The notes under the pieces are model-generated. The model made no database searches. It was given only the letters and a program-made list of their open reading frames with translations, and was not told the DNA's origin. A DNA stretch of 64,000 nucleotides from positions 1,178,001 to 1,242,000 of the forward strand of contig CM061248.1 of the NCBI GenBank assembly GCA_022605425.2. Direction: 5' to 3'. The stretch is from Hamiltosporidium tvaerminnensis FI-OER-3-3 (lineage: Eukaryota > Fungi > Microsporidia). Positions within the stretch are counted from its first letter, which is position 1. Each line of letters starts with the position of its first letter. Both the position numbers and the translations under genes were made by a program. Below, in pieces: positions 23,481-37,435 of this stretch.

Positions 23481-24459
23481 TAAATTTAAATACATTTAAC
23501 GAATAAAGAGTCACTAAGTTAAAAGAAATTCTGGAACAGCGCATGTGAAGATTAGAGTAAAACACTTCATAAAAACTTCTGTTAAAAGCCGGAATAATGG
23601 ACTTGAAATGTTTGTGTTGGATTAGAGCAAAAGTCTTAAAAAATTTGACCCCGTGGCCACATTGACTTATAAAAAAAAGTCTCCCAAGCCAAAAATTCAT
23701 TACTTTTTTTCCCCAATGCTGAAAATCATTGCTGTAATTCAAAGTATTAAATTTTAAATCTATCTTTTAGAGTTTCATTTAAATATTCATATAAATAAAC
23801 ATGTATGGTAAATATATTTCTATATAAAAATAGACAAATGAATTACTGGATTTTTTTCATTGTCTTACAGCTGCGTAATTCATTAATCTGATAAATTTGC
23901 TTAATGTTTTTTTTCGTATCGGCTCTACCTCTTTTCGAGGAAACATTTTGTAAAATAAAATATACCAAAAATATTTACTGATCTAAATTAACAAATAAGC
24001 ACCTGAAGTAGTTACCGATAATTTCTATCAGTAAATTTAACCTACAATACCTAAGAATAATCACCTATGACGGTCAACTCATCAATCTATTTAATAATAA
24101 ATTAGGCCCAATTTTTATATTATTTCATTTGAATTTTTTAGTATAAAATAGTAAAAAAAAATACTAGCTTAAAAAAAAGAGACCATATGAATCTTCATTG
24201 TATTACAAATTCATGCCTAAATTATATATAATTCCAATTCTTTTTGTATGATTTAACTATATTTTATTTCCTTATTTAAAAAAATCTGCTTAATAGAAAA
24301 ATTATAGGACCAGAAAAATATGGCCGCAGGTCGGATAAAAAGTGTCCAGGGATGGATTTGACCCGAAAAACGTAATTTGCAGCCACTTGAATCAGAATAA
24401 TCCGTAAAAATACCCACGTAAAAAAATTTCTTCCTAAGTTTCACTTTAAGTGATCAAAT

Positions 24460-24978
24460 TGAAAAACTTGGGGAGTATAACATGCTAGCTAATGAGCATG
24501 GTTTGTTTATATTTATGGTGTTGAGATAATCCCTTATTTGATTACCCGCAAAGGTATTGTAATAAAATATCATAAGTTCTGCCTAAAATGACTGCAAATA
24601 CCTATGAACATAGAGACATACATTCGGTATATAGCCCTTAAGAAGACAGTCGAAGCCATTACCTACGATCGACGCAGAAAAATTTAGCCAGAACCAAATG
24701 TCCAGAGGTGATAGAAGGAGTGTCAATAAGTGATATTAAGAGGGCCGAAATATACGAGGAAATAAGATACCATCTAAAACAACCGAGAAACGAAGGTGAT
24801 TTTTTAAAACTAAAACGAAAAAATAATACACCCTTTATTTAGATAAGGGGACCACACTAAAGGAACGAATAATAAAAATAATAGAAGCGTGAATTCACAA
24901 GAGGATGGTTTGTTGGTTAACGAGGGGAATATTAAATCATAAAGATTTAAAACGTTTTTTAGCTCAGAATTTTATTAC
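24460..24978 (+). pseudogene. Degraded R4-like 3' remnant
   Basis: gttgagataatcccttat..ggtattgt..aaatatcataag, ending in a terminal-like ctcagaattttatt. Confidence 0.6.
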
Positions 24979-25994
24979 ATTCCTATTTTATAAAACTTCT
25001 TTTAATTTTCTATTTAACTTCAGAATGATCTAAAAATATCATGAAGACAACCAAAAAAGGCCTCGATTAAATGTTTAGATTTTAAACCTAAATCATATTT
25101 CATCTATTTTTTTTATTAGCATTTTCTACCCTGGTACAATATTTTTTCTTAATCAAATATATTTTGAGTTACAGCAAATGACTTCCTTTATCCTATGCCG
25201 AAATACCTCTTTAAGATATTTACGATCACTCTATTATGCGTTTATAGAAGACACCCTGCAAAGGTCCTAAAAAATTTAAGAACAAATATTGCATATTATT
25301 ATGTTCTCCCGGTTTCTTTGTTATACTCTCTTCTTATATTACGGTATAAAAGTAAAAGCGTACTAATATGAAGAGTAAAAAAACCAAATATCCTTACATC
25401 TTTTTCATTCCTTCTTAAAATCTATTTTTTTAGCTTGGCTTTTTGTTTTTTTTTCATTTGTTTAAACTTTTATTGAACTATTGAAGACTTATATAAATAT
25501 AACAATCCTAAAAACATAGAGAAGATATAACTAAAGCAAATATATAACATTTTTAAATTTTTATCGTTATTTTTATTCTTCCTAATTGTCCCAACATTTT
25601 CTAGCTCATATTGCGGTTTTTATTGAGATATTTTATTGTTGCACCGAAACTGTAGTTTCCCATGAAATAAAAACATAACAATAAATTTTTGTATGATCTC
25701 ATAGGATCGAAAATGAGAAGATTTGCTAGATTTCGCCTTTGGATACAGGTATTGTTTTTATAAAAACCAAATGGTGTGTTATAATTGATTTCCAAAGCAC
25801 CCTATAAGATATTTAAGTCGTCGATGTGTTATAAATGGTATTGGAAGAGGTATGAATAGCCTGCCAGTTTATCTACTTACTTACATATTCCCTTCTACCC
25901 TTTCCTCTCATTGTCTAGGCTGAACAAATAAAAGTTTTCATGGGGTTTTTTAATCGTTATACCTCGAAAATATAGCTGCTTGGCCTATGGATCC

Positions 25995-26099
25995 AGAGTG
26001 TTTATAACCCCACTAAAACCCCAATATGATTTTTACCTTTATTTCCCATGCAAATTACCAGGCAAATAGTTTTTAATGTGGTTATCCTTTCCCCACCCA
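25995..26099 (-). repeat. Divergent 5' portion of the structured non-coding element
   Basis: ccaggcaaatagtttttaatgtggttatcctttccccaccca aligns with the reverse-complement start of the element. Similarity may extend further left. Confidence 0.6.
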
Positions 26100-26466
26100 A
26101 AGATTATATAATTTTTTATCTATCATATTTCAATTTAAAAAATAAAGCCAGAGGAACCAACAATAATTTTGTTTTATTTGTAAACTTTTTTTACTTCTTA
26201 TACATATTATTTGTAATAAAGTACACAAGAACAGAAATATCTGTCAATCAATGAAATATCATTCTGATGCTAAGAATATATTAATTTTGTTATTTTTCTT
26301 GAGAGAAATTCTAGTAAGGTAAATGAATCTAAAGTTTTGAGTATAGGGTTTTTCGATCAATATAATAATCCTTGCAATCAATATAATAATTTTTCGATCA
26401 ATATAATAATCCTTGCAAACAATAAAATAATTTTTCGATCAATATAATAATCCTTGCAATCAATAT

Positions 26467-29400
26467 TTATTTTGTAAAATTCTGGGTTAACAAATTTTCT
26501 CTCGTTTAACTAATTTCTTCCATCACTTTAACCACTTTATTCTCTTTTTCTACATCCGACTTATCATTAATGTCTATCGTCGGTTCCTCTGGTCTGGTTA
26601 CGTCATCTAAAATAAGGGGTAAAATATTTTTTGAATTTACTTGTTTAACACTATCTTCCTCGTTCTTCACTTCTTTTAAGGGGGGTGTTGGCTCTTTATG
26701 CATCTCAGCTCCTATAATAACACTTAATGACGCTCTCTCCCAGCTCTCTTCGGCACTTGGTCCTGACTCAATTCCTCTTCGTCGATCGAAGGAAATCATT
26801 TCGACTGTTTTCTTAATAACTATGGACTGAATGTATGCCTCTACATTTATGGGTATTTGTAATCTTTTAAGATAAGTCTTATGGTATTTTGTCACAATAC
26901 CGTCCCATGTTATCACATAAGGAATTATCTCTACACTACATTTGTAAATAAGACCCAGCTCATTTGCTAATAGGTCATACTTCCTAAGTTTCTCTGTTTC
27001 AACTATTTGAAGTGAGTCTTGGGAGGTGATTCCTACTTCAATGAGGGTAATCTTATTTCGTCTCTTGTCTAAAACGAATATATCTGGCCTATTATTTCGA
27101 ATTTTGACATCAGTTTTTATTCTGGTGTCCACTCTTATCTCTGCATACTCATTATCAAGAATTTCTTGAACTGAGTGGCTTCTGATTCGTTTTGAAGACT
27201 TGAATTTATATTTATTTAACAAGAGCAAATGTATACATCGTACCACTTCATTGTGTCGTCTAGTATAGTCATGACCAAGCATTTTTTCACATCTCGTTGC
27301 TAAATGGTCTACCGTTTTTCTAGACGTGTTGCAGTGTTGACACACACCTTCTGCTCTCCAAAATACGTTTCTATCCTGGATATAGCAGAACACTGCTTCA
27401 TCACGCGGTCTTACACTTCCTTTCTTTAACCATCTTGAGGAGTCATTTACACTTACTAGCTCGTTGTTTCTAGCATTATATAACTTTGAATGTAGTTTTC
27501 GTTTTTCTATTTCGTTATATAAGTTAGCTAGTTGAGCTTCATCTAATTTATTTTTAGTGACCTCCTCTGCCATCCCGTATTTTACTTGTAAAAAGTCTTT
27601 TATTAATGCAAGATGGGTTTTATTATCATTCTCCACCTTAAGGATTGCTGCTCTTCTGGTCGATGTTTCTTTAGATTTTTCCAGACAATCCAAGAGTTGC
27701 AAAAGCATATGTTCGCTTTTGAACTCAACACTATGAAGACCTCTCCCAAGTTCTGTTCTGGGAAGGTACAGACGCTCTTTACATCCTGGGCGAAGATGTA
27801 TCTTGTTCTTTATTAAAACTGCACGTACTGCGTCATCCAACTTTGAGAAGTCGCCAGGTTCAAGTCGAAGTACACCTATATGATAGTTTATTAGAGATAT
27901 CGCATGTTGATTGATAGCTTGAAATAAATTTCTTGCATTCAATCTCGTGCGGCAAAGTCTCTCTACCCTCGCTATCAGTTTGGTTTGTACTTCCTCAAAC
28001 GACTTACGTGTTGGAATTCCTCTGCTATCTTCTATTATTCCGAGGTATTTGTAAACATCTATTCCTTCAAGAAGAGTAGCAGTATTCTCACAACACGAAT
28101 CATTTGTGGCCGACTTCTCTCTGTTTATTTCTAATCCTATATTTTTCATAAACATTTTTACTTCCTCCGTCATCTTTTCAAGCGTTGTTCCATCTTTGGC
28201 AAGGAGCTTAAGATCATCAATGAACAAGAGATGATTGGTAGAGTGGGGTGCATCCTCCGTTTGTATTGTCACCTTTGCGTATTCTTCATTGAGTTTACGG
28301 CTCAATGGATCCATACACAGCACAAACAATAAGGGTGACAAACTATCTCCCTGTAGAATCCCCTTATCAATCTTCTTGTTCATAATTTTTTCAGACCCTA
28401 CCGAAATATCAATTTTCCATTTTTATATTGTTACCTTAATAAATTTCAGGATCCAATCAGGTAAATTAAGGTTTTCGATGACTTGTGTCAAATAAGCATG
28501 ATCTATTGAATCATACGCTTTTTTGACATCAATCCACGTCGCCTCAAGATTGTTTCCATACTCTTTATTAATGGCAACATTTAGCAGGGCCTGCTCCTTC
28601 GCTCCTTGCGCACCTCTCACTGCACCCAATTGATTATCTGCTAGTAACCCTCGCCTCTCTACCTCAAGCTGAACAACTTTTGTAACACACTTTGTCGTCA
28701 GCTTGTAAAGGTTTGACATACAAGTTATTGGCCTATAGTCGGAGCCTTTTTGTGGTACGCTTTTTGGAATGAGATATGTTAGCCCATGATAAAACCAATT
28801 AGCCTGTGGTGTTCCTTCAAAACATATGGCTTTCACAATATCATAAAGATACTTGTGAAGAGTCGTAAGTTTTTTGATATAAAAATTGTAGATCCCATCA
28901 ATTCCGGCGGCTTTCCAGTTAGGAAGCCAATTGATAATATCTACAAATTCATCAATGAAGGAAACGTGGCCTGGTGAGTATCCGGCACGAAAGGTATCAG
29001 ATACTCATCATACGTAACTATTTCATTATTTTTGTTCCACATTGTGGACCAAAAACTTACAATTTCGTCACGATTAACCACATGCTCGGATTCCACACGC
29101 TCAGACAGGCCACGATAATATCTACCTCGGAACAACTCAAACATACGATTCTCTTTTCGGAATTGCTTCCTACTTTCGTACATCGTAAGTTTTTTTTCGT
29201 AAACAGTTATCAGCTCATTCTTCTATCCTACAGCCTCCGATAGATCATTTGTTTTGTTTAGGTCTAAATTAAACTCTCGCATAATTTTTTTAAGACTTTT
29301 AGTTTGAGAAGAGGAGAGTTCTTCTCGTTTACGTGCTTTCTCGAGGATATCTTTTGAAAGTTTTAACACTGAAATTTTACTCTCAATGCTTTCTTTCCAC

Positions 29401-30262
29401 GCTGATCTTGGCCTCTCTTTACGTGTTTCATCGTCATAACATACCTGTGCTGTCTGGATAATTCGGGCAACGTCTGTTATCGTCATAGGTACATGAGAGT
29501 CAGCATATTCACCGACTATTCGATTAATAAGATCAAGAACTGTAGTGTCAACCAATTCATTTGGAAGCTTTCGAGTTCGGACTACTACTTTTCCGATTTC
29601 CTCCTCAGATATTTTTTTGATATTACTCAAGTATTTTTCTCTCAGGCTTATAAATCGAGTAGCATCGGTCAAGGAACATGGCTCGGCGAGACAAGTGGCG
29701 ATTCGACGTCGCTCTCCATTCTCTTCCTGCCTAATTTCCTCTTCCGTCTTATTGTGTGCCATTCTTTTTAGCACATCGATAGTTTCGGTACAGGAGAACT
29801 TCTCATTATAGTAGCTCTGTATCTCTTTCCATCCATTTCTAGGCATTCGGTCAAACCTTGTTTGTACTGCAAAAAGAACACATCGAATAAATTCTTGACG
29901 CTCGGCCTCTATAGATCTGAGTATGAATCGGAGTACAACGAGCCTTTCGGAAATAGGTATGGTACAAAGGTTTGGCCAACTAGCAGCTATATCTGGCCTA
30001 GGGGTCACGGTGCTTGAATGCATAGGGTTAGATGGCGAGGGTATGGTGTTAAGCAAGCATACCTTTGTGTTTGTGTTTGCTTCGCTTGGTGGTATAGAAA
30101 TGTTATTTATGATGGTGGATGGTGTGTATGAGCTTGGCTGTGGAATTCCCTGGTCGTTTTTACACTCTCTAATTACCTCATCCACTTCACTTGCCCTGTT
30201 TGCAGCCTTTATTATTTTTTCTTCTTGTTTTTCGCTGCCTACATATTTTCTTATACCCATTT
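26467..30262 (-). mobile_element. Full-length R4/Dong-like RLE non-LTR retrotransposon (ORF broken into 4-5 pieces), inserted in the left TIR
   Basis: RT motifs WKAAGIDG, YRPITC, DVKKAYD, QGDSLSP, LFIDD, YKYLG, followed by CCHC and RLE. 13-bp TSD ttgcaatcaatat (26454-26466 / 30263-30275). Confidence 0.93.
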
Positions 30263-30367
30263 TTGCAATCAATATAATAATTATTTTTAAAAAATAAAAA
30301 TTTAAAAAATAGAAATTTAAAAAATAGAAATTGAAAAAATAAAATTATAAATAGTACTTGAGATTTA

Positions 30368-31400
30368 TTATTCATGAATCATTTGCCCTACCTCAGCCTT
30401 TTGCAAATATCCTAACATTTTACGGTAAAAAGAACTACAATGTTCTCCCGTGATTTCATTAAATTTTTCATAAATTAATATTCTCAACTGAGGCTCAGTA
30501 CGAGCATCACCTCGAATTACTTTATTTTTCCAGACTGAGAATACATTCTCAATTGGATTAAGAAAAGGAGAGTAAGGTGGAAGATATTTTATTCGATACG
30601 AAGCAATTTCCTCATCATCATTCAATCCACGATAGTGATGAATTCTCGCATTGTTCATTACAAATATTGGAGTCAGAATTCCTTGCCTTTGACAACTTTC
30701 ATTAATCTCCTTAATAAATAATTTAAAATCCTCATCATTTACGGCCCTCTCATGAATCTTATGGTATATCATACCATATTTGTTCATTGCTGCGACTTCT
30801 GAAATATTTATACTTCGAGCTGCTGTTACAGATAGGTATGCAGATTCACTTCTCATGCTACGGCCTCTACTGGGGCGTGTGACTACTGCAAACCCAACTT
30901 CATCTAAAAAGACAAAGTTTTTGTCATCGTTATCAACCTCCAACTCACGAAAACTAGTTGCGTAATTGGTTCTTAGCTCAATTATCGAAAGTTTATTTCT
31001 ACGCTCATGCTAATTTTACACGCTTTAGAGTGTAATGGAACTCCCTTAGTGCGCGATCAATTGTACTAGTTGACACATCAACATTAAATGTACATTTGAC
31101 TCATTCTGCCAACTCATACAAGGTTTTTGCACACTCCAAATCAACATAGGGTTGTAGGCTCTCTTTTATTTCCAAAGTTAACTTTGAGCGCCTATCAACA
31201 CCTCTTTTCTCGACAAATACCAAGCCGGTTTTTAGATATTGTCTAACGATACTATTAACCGTCTGGCAATTTATTCGATACATAGAGGCAATTGCGGGCA
31301 TAGAATAGCTTTCTAATTTCTTTTGAATTCTGCGTTCCCGATCATTAATAGAAACTTTTTGTTTCCCAGAATTGGAATGGGGTTTAGTGGGAGATTTTCA
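30368..31400 (-). pseudogene. IS630/Tc1-type DDE transposase (frameshifted)
   Basis: FVFLDEVGF, VMNNARIH (second D changed to N), YLPPYSPFLNPIENVF, and an HTH fragment at 31101..31301. Confidence 0.88.
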
Positions 31401-33410
31401 TCATGTGATCCCGATGTTTCCACAAGACACTTCAAAACATTGTCATTTTCGCACTCTATACATTCCGGTGTTTACCCTAAATGAAAATCATATTTGTTCT
31501 CGTTGGTATTTTTACCTAAAAAAGAATTTGACATGGAAGTTAATTTTATAATGAATGAATTATTTTTTCAATTTTTATTTTATAAATTTCTATTTTTTAA
31601 ATTTTTATTTTTTAAAAATAATTATTATATTGATCGAAAAATTATTATATTGATTGCAAGGATTATTATATTGATCGAAAAATTATTATATTGATTGCAA
31701 GGATTATTATATTGATCGAAAAAGGATTATATTGATTGCAAGGATTATTATATTGATCGAAAAATTATTATATTGATTGCAAGGATTATTATATTGATCG
31801 AAAAACCCTATAATTAGTAATATAAAGCTTAGCATTAATGTAAAGAACTAACAATAATTTCTTTCAACTACAAAAAACAATCGAACATCAAAAGAAATAT
31901 TTTTCTAATTTCAAATGATTTAGTCATATTTAATATAATTTTATATTTGGAAATTCTACCTCTTGTTTATACTATAAGCCTTTCAGTTTTTTATAATTAT
32001 ACAATATTTTATAGAAATTTTATAAATAATGATATATGGATTCATTCTTTTTGAAAGATTCTTAGAATTTTTATAAATAAAAACTAAAATAGTAAATTGA
32101 TTTTAAAATTATAAATACGGATTTTTTTCTAAAATTTATGAAATTTAATCTTTGCTTCCATTTCATAACGTTATTATATAAACCACTTTCTTTTATATTT
32201 ATCTATTATTCGATTGAAAGAGATATTATATTTAATGTTGTAAATGAAAATGAAGAGTCTTTCATAGCTCCAATTATAAAAAAAATGAAACTCGAATGTC
32301 TATGTCAAATCAAAAGAGATAAGGCTTATGCAAATTACGAAAAAAACTGTTTGGAAAGAATGTATCTCAGAGATTCAAATAGGCAATATGAACAGTATTA
32401 TATAGAATTTATTGAGAGAATTGGTCTTAAGTTTATTATATTTGAAAAATTTAACAAAATGAATAATAATATAGAAATATATCTCTTTCATCATATAAAG
32501 AAGTCTGATTTTGTAATATTCTATGAGCTTTTAATTTCATATTATTTACCGGTATATAAAATGACAATTGAGAAGTTTTACACAATATTGTATTGTTTAG
32601 AATATTTTAGAGTCAAGTATGATAATAAATTGAGAAATGCGATAAAAATAATTTGGTTTTTTTAGTGAAATCTAATGAAATGATAAATTTTGATATTGAA
32701 AAAGTATCGTTTCATTTTATAAAGCAACACTATTTTTCACATGCTTTATTTCAAAAAATATTACAGGAATATTTAATCCTACTGAATAACGGAAAAGATT
32801 TAAAATTTTCGTTTTTTATAAAAGAAAGGAATCATATATTTCTAAGATATATAACGGGATACTTACAGATGATAGAAAGCATATGTTATTAATTAATGAC
32901 GAATTTGATACATTTTTTTAGAAAAAAGTGGTTGTGAATCATAAAAGTCACTGTTTATTTTTAATGTTTCTAAATACATTAGATATAAAATATTTGCATA
33001 TAAAGTATTTAAGAGAAACGTATTCGAAGAGTTTTTGTTTTATTTTAAAAAATTAAAAAAAGATGGTTGATGAGATTGTATTATTTAGGTGTTACATATC
33101 TGATGAGGTAATTTGTTCTCTAAATGCAAATTTAAATTTTAAAAATTTAAAAAAGATAGTTTCTATTGGATCTAAATTTGACACAAGCTAGATTTTCTGC
33201 GAGCATTTAAGTATTATAGAGGAATTTATGTGTTATGAAAATAATAATTATGAAAGATATACAGTTCCTGAAATCAAAAAAGGTGATCTTAATATAGCCG
33301 AGTTTATAATACAAAATCTGAAGCATAAATACCAACAATGTTCTATCGAAGAATTCATCAAGGAAAATGATAAAGTACAAGAAGAAAATAAAAATTTCTT
33401 TATAAGTTAA

Positions 33411-35704
33411 CCGTTTGACTGCTACGCGGCGCGAATGCGCTTCGTTCATTTGTCTCGAAAACAGCGACGCAGCGCTTTCGCGCTGCCAGTCACAGTGTGT
33501 CTTTTTGCTCCGTGGAATTGAACGTAGTCTGACCTCGCGAGTACTTTGTAACACGAGTGTATTCTAAACTAACTTTTTACCGTTTTTATATATTATTTAA
33601 AAAATATAACCATGTCACGGACTATTATTTCGGACATTGATTCGATTGCTAGCGATTCTGAGGATGGTGAAATTGGTGGTGACACAAGTAGTGATGATAG
33701 CATTATTATAACTCATCGAAGAAAAAGACTGAGGATTGAAAGTGAGTCTTCTATCTCATCTTCATCTTCGGAAGTAGAGGAAACACCAACTTTTACGAAT
33801 ATTCCTCCGACTAATGTGTTTTCCAAAGCAACAAATAATTTTTTCGAGACTCCTGGACCTAGATGGGCGCCTCCCCCCGATGCTTCACCGGTAACATATT
33901 TCAATTTATTTTTTACCACATCACTCCTTGAAACCATTGTAAGGGAAACAAATCGATATGCTACCCAGTTTTTTGCCTCGCACACTGTTTTGAATAATTC
34001 TCGAGCAAAAAAGTGGACGCCGACAACGATATACGAAATCAAAGCCTTTATTGCAGTCTTACTCGAAATGGGGATTGCGAGAAGGCCAACAATTGATAGT
34101 TATTGGGCAACAGGTTCCCGGCAATTACCATGGTTTAGGACAATGTTTTCAAGGGATAGGTTTCAACTGATTTTGAAGTTTTTTCACTTGATTGACAATA
34201 CGTCATTATTTGAACCAGGACATCCGAATTATGACCCATGCGGCAGATTTGATATGCTTGTCAAGCAAACAAATACTGTATTTCAGCGGCATTATATACC
34301 AAATCAACAATTAGCTATCGACGAGTCGTTAGTTGGTACTCACTGTCATTCTGCCATAAAACAATACATCCCAAACAAAAAAAACCATAAATGAGGGATA
34401 AAATTTTGGATGTTGTCGACTCGATTTCTAAATATTGCTTGGGTTTTTTTTGCTACAAAGGAGCTAAAAATACAGATGACAGAGATTATGTACAAAAATA
34501 TGGCCTTGGATTTACGGTTGCGCATAAATTGCTTTCAACTGGCAATTATCTGTTCAAGGGCTATCATCTGTTTACAGATAATTTTTACACAAGTTTACGC
34601 TTGGCCAAAGCCCTTTTGAAACAAAATACTTATCTAACTGGAACAATTAGACGTAACAGAAAAGAGATTCCTCCAGAAGCTAAGAAAGCAATCGTAGGAG
34701 AAGCGAAATACATGGCACATGAAAATGTATTGATGTGCTCTTTCAGGGACAAAAAGTCCAAACCAACCCCAGTCATACTGATTTCATCAAATTCGGATAC
34801 TAATAGTGTGACGATCAAGAAAAAGAAAGGGAATTTTGAATACGAAAAGATGAAACCAAGCATGCTTCATGAGTACAATAAATACATGGGTGGTGTGGAC
34901 GAGTGCGACAAAATGCTATACGTGTATTTAGACGAGCGAAGAACCCTCAAGTATTGGAAGAAAGTAGTATTCAACGTATTTGGAAGAATGGTGCTGAACT
35001 CATATATTTAATATGTTTCAAACACTACTGCAAAAAAAAATGAACCGGCTCAAATTTACATCGAAAATTATTGACGACATCGAAAAGGAGTGGATGTACC
35101 ATAAAAATAGCGTGTCAACACAACCATCTTCATCAACTAATAAATTTGCGCTTGAAAAATTACCGGGTCGTAACTTACGACAATGTGCGGTGTGTAGCAA
35201 CAGAAGGAGCGGGATCAAGCGATCCCACCTTATTTGCGCTTGTTGTAAAAAAGGCCTTCACGCTATTTGTGCGGCAAAAAATAGTTGTAATACATAAATT
35301 TTTTAAGTAAGAGTCAGAATTTTTCACTCTCATGAAAACGATCCTTTACGTTCGGAAAAACACTAGGTAGTATCACATAATAATATTATTTTGTGATACT
35401 ACCTAGTGTATTATCGATAGTAATTGTTATCATGTATCACCTAGTGCCTACGCCGGAATCATTCGAAATCATTGATTCACGTGCTGATCATAAGAGAAAA
35501 TCAATAAACTTTAAGTTATCTTTTTATAAATTTTAATTTTTAACGACCACTTGTTTTTCTATGTTATCAATAACACTTGTTACATTGTAGTTGTGCGAAA
35601 CAATATATATATATATATAAAAAAAAAAAAATTGACAACATCAATTGAAAATAAGTCCCGCAGTTTTCGTGCGTTCTTGCAATAATTGCTTAGCAGCCAA
35701 ACGG
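33411..35704 (+). mobile_element. piggyBac DNA transposon
   Basis: TTAA TSD (33407-33410 / 35705-35708) and TIR CCGTTTGACTGCTA / TAGCAGCCAAACGG. Confidence 0.95.
33612..35297 (+). pseudogene. piggyBac transposase (nonsense codon plus frameshifts)
   Basis: IDES, TDNFYTS, YNKYMGGVDECD catalytic DDD and a C-terminal CAVC..CACC..LH..C domain. Split into three ORFs. Confidence 0.92.
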
Positions 35705-37435
35705 TTAATTAATGAAGATAAGTTTAAAGGTAAATTTAGAATCATCGGATATTTTGAATGCAAGAATAAGAATATGAAAGTCAAATTTTTTTATGAGTAT
35801 AAAGGGTGTTATAATATTTCAATTAGTTTAGAAAGATTAAATGATAAACGATTTATTAAAAAAGAAAATACTATTTTAGAAAAAAATATAAGGTCTATTA
35901 AAATTTACTCTTCAGATATAAAATCCGATTTTCTAAGAGATATTTTAAATATAGAAGGGCTAGAAAGATTAGAAATAAATAATTCAAATATATATTGAAA
36001 ATGAAATTTGCATTAAAAATGAATCTATTAAATATTTTAAATTCTGCCCTAATTACAATGATTGTTATTCGATTTTTTCAAAGTTGATAGATATGATGAT
36101 AGCTCTTCCGGAAATATACTTTGATAAAACAAATAATATAAATTTAAACCGTTCAGCAGATCAAATTTTTTATATTACAGAGTTATATCTTTCTAATATA
36201 AATGATAGGATTGATTTCTTAAAACTTTCAGAAAAAAATAAATATTTTGATTTTAAAGCCACAAATAAAGATATTTTGGATTCTGAGTATCCTATAAATT
36301 CTTTGAAGTTTTTATTCCAAAACTATGATCTAAGCAGTATAAAGCAATTAAGTATTTCTGATTTTTCTATTGATAATTTAAATGTAAAAGCATTTAGTAA
36401 TTTATTGGATCTAAAAGAAATAAATATTTATAAAATTAACTTTCAAAATATATGTTTTTCAGAATTATTTTGTGCCTCACGGGAATATAAAATAAAAAGA
36501 ATGGAGTTAAATGAAATAAATATATCAGAACAAGATTTAATATTTATTGAAAATTTAAAGAAAATTAAAGATATCATATTTTGGTGGTGTGATATACATG
36601 AAATGACTTTTTTTAAAATAAAATTTTTGTTTCTTAATGAATTTTACATTGAACTGAAATATAATAGAGAAGAAGATGATCTACCAAATAAAACTATTAA
36701 ATTTATTAAAGAGAAATTTAAAAAGAAATATATTGTTGTAAAAAAGATTTGAGAGTTTGAAAATATTAAAATAAATTTGTCGTTTCAAAATTATATGTAA
36801 ATTATAGGTCTTTATAATTTCAATTAAAAAGTTAAAGTATTTTATTTTTTGTAAATATTTAGTTTAATCTGTAGAAAAAACAGAAGTATAAATATAAGGA
36901 GTTTTCTAATGCAATCTATTAAAATTTTTATTAGCCAATTCTTTCCAATGCGTATTACAGACAGTCTATATGTGAAATAAAGCTTTGTTACTTTTTAAGG
37001 TTTGTCTTATGAAATTCTAGGGAGGGAAATTGAACAGTCTGTAACTAAAAGCAAATTTTTCTAAGCATAAAAAAACAAATTAGATAATCGAGATAAATTC
37101 GTTCCTCGTTTATGATTTCTAACATCTTGACACCTTATCGCTTTTAGTGAAATCAATGTTTTCATTCTTTTTTTAAAACAATCTAAAATTATTAAAAGGC
37201 AGATGAAGGACAATTAATTCAGATAATATACTTAGTAATTAGTATTGGAAATCTTATAACAGAAATTATTGTTATAATTGTTAATACGAATGATTAACAC
37301 GCTATACCCACGACAGAAAATCAAATTTGTTAAGAAAAAGATGATCTGCAAATTCGTAAAGCTTTTTTCATGAAAAATTTAGAGTTTTATGTGTAGGCAT
37401 CTCCCCTATTTTGGTATATGTCATTATCTATAGTT

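Larger units (their letters stand above)
26344..31810 (-). mobile_element. Tc1/mariner/IS630-like DNA transposon with long tandem-repeat TIRs
   Basis: TA|TAGGGTTTTTCGATCAAT...ATTGATCGAAAAACCCTA|TA. TIRs are built of alternating 20/21-bp units. The empty site ttgTAattagt is visible in the paralogous flank at ~51575. Confidence 0.92.
32138..36752 (+). pseudogene. Signal-peptide/LRR-like multigene family member 1, frameshifted and interrupted by piggyBac
   Basis: Fragments 32138-33410 and 35705-36752 are colinear with 48921-51243. Degenerate LxxLxI repeats. Confidence 0.8.

Noticed and set aside
24320-24365. Twister-like CGGATAAAAAGTG motif
   Set aside because: The other twister elements are missing. 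It more likely reflects a decayed coding remnant (KKCPGMD).
31620-31810. Iteron or CRISPR-like array
   Set aside because: It is the right TIR of the Tc1/IS630 element, mirrored at 26344-26466 and 30263-30341.
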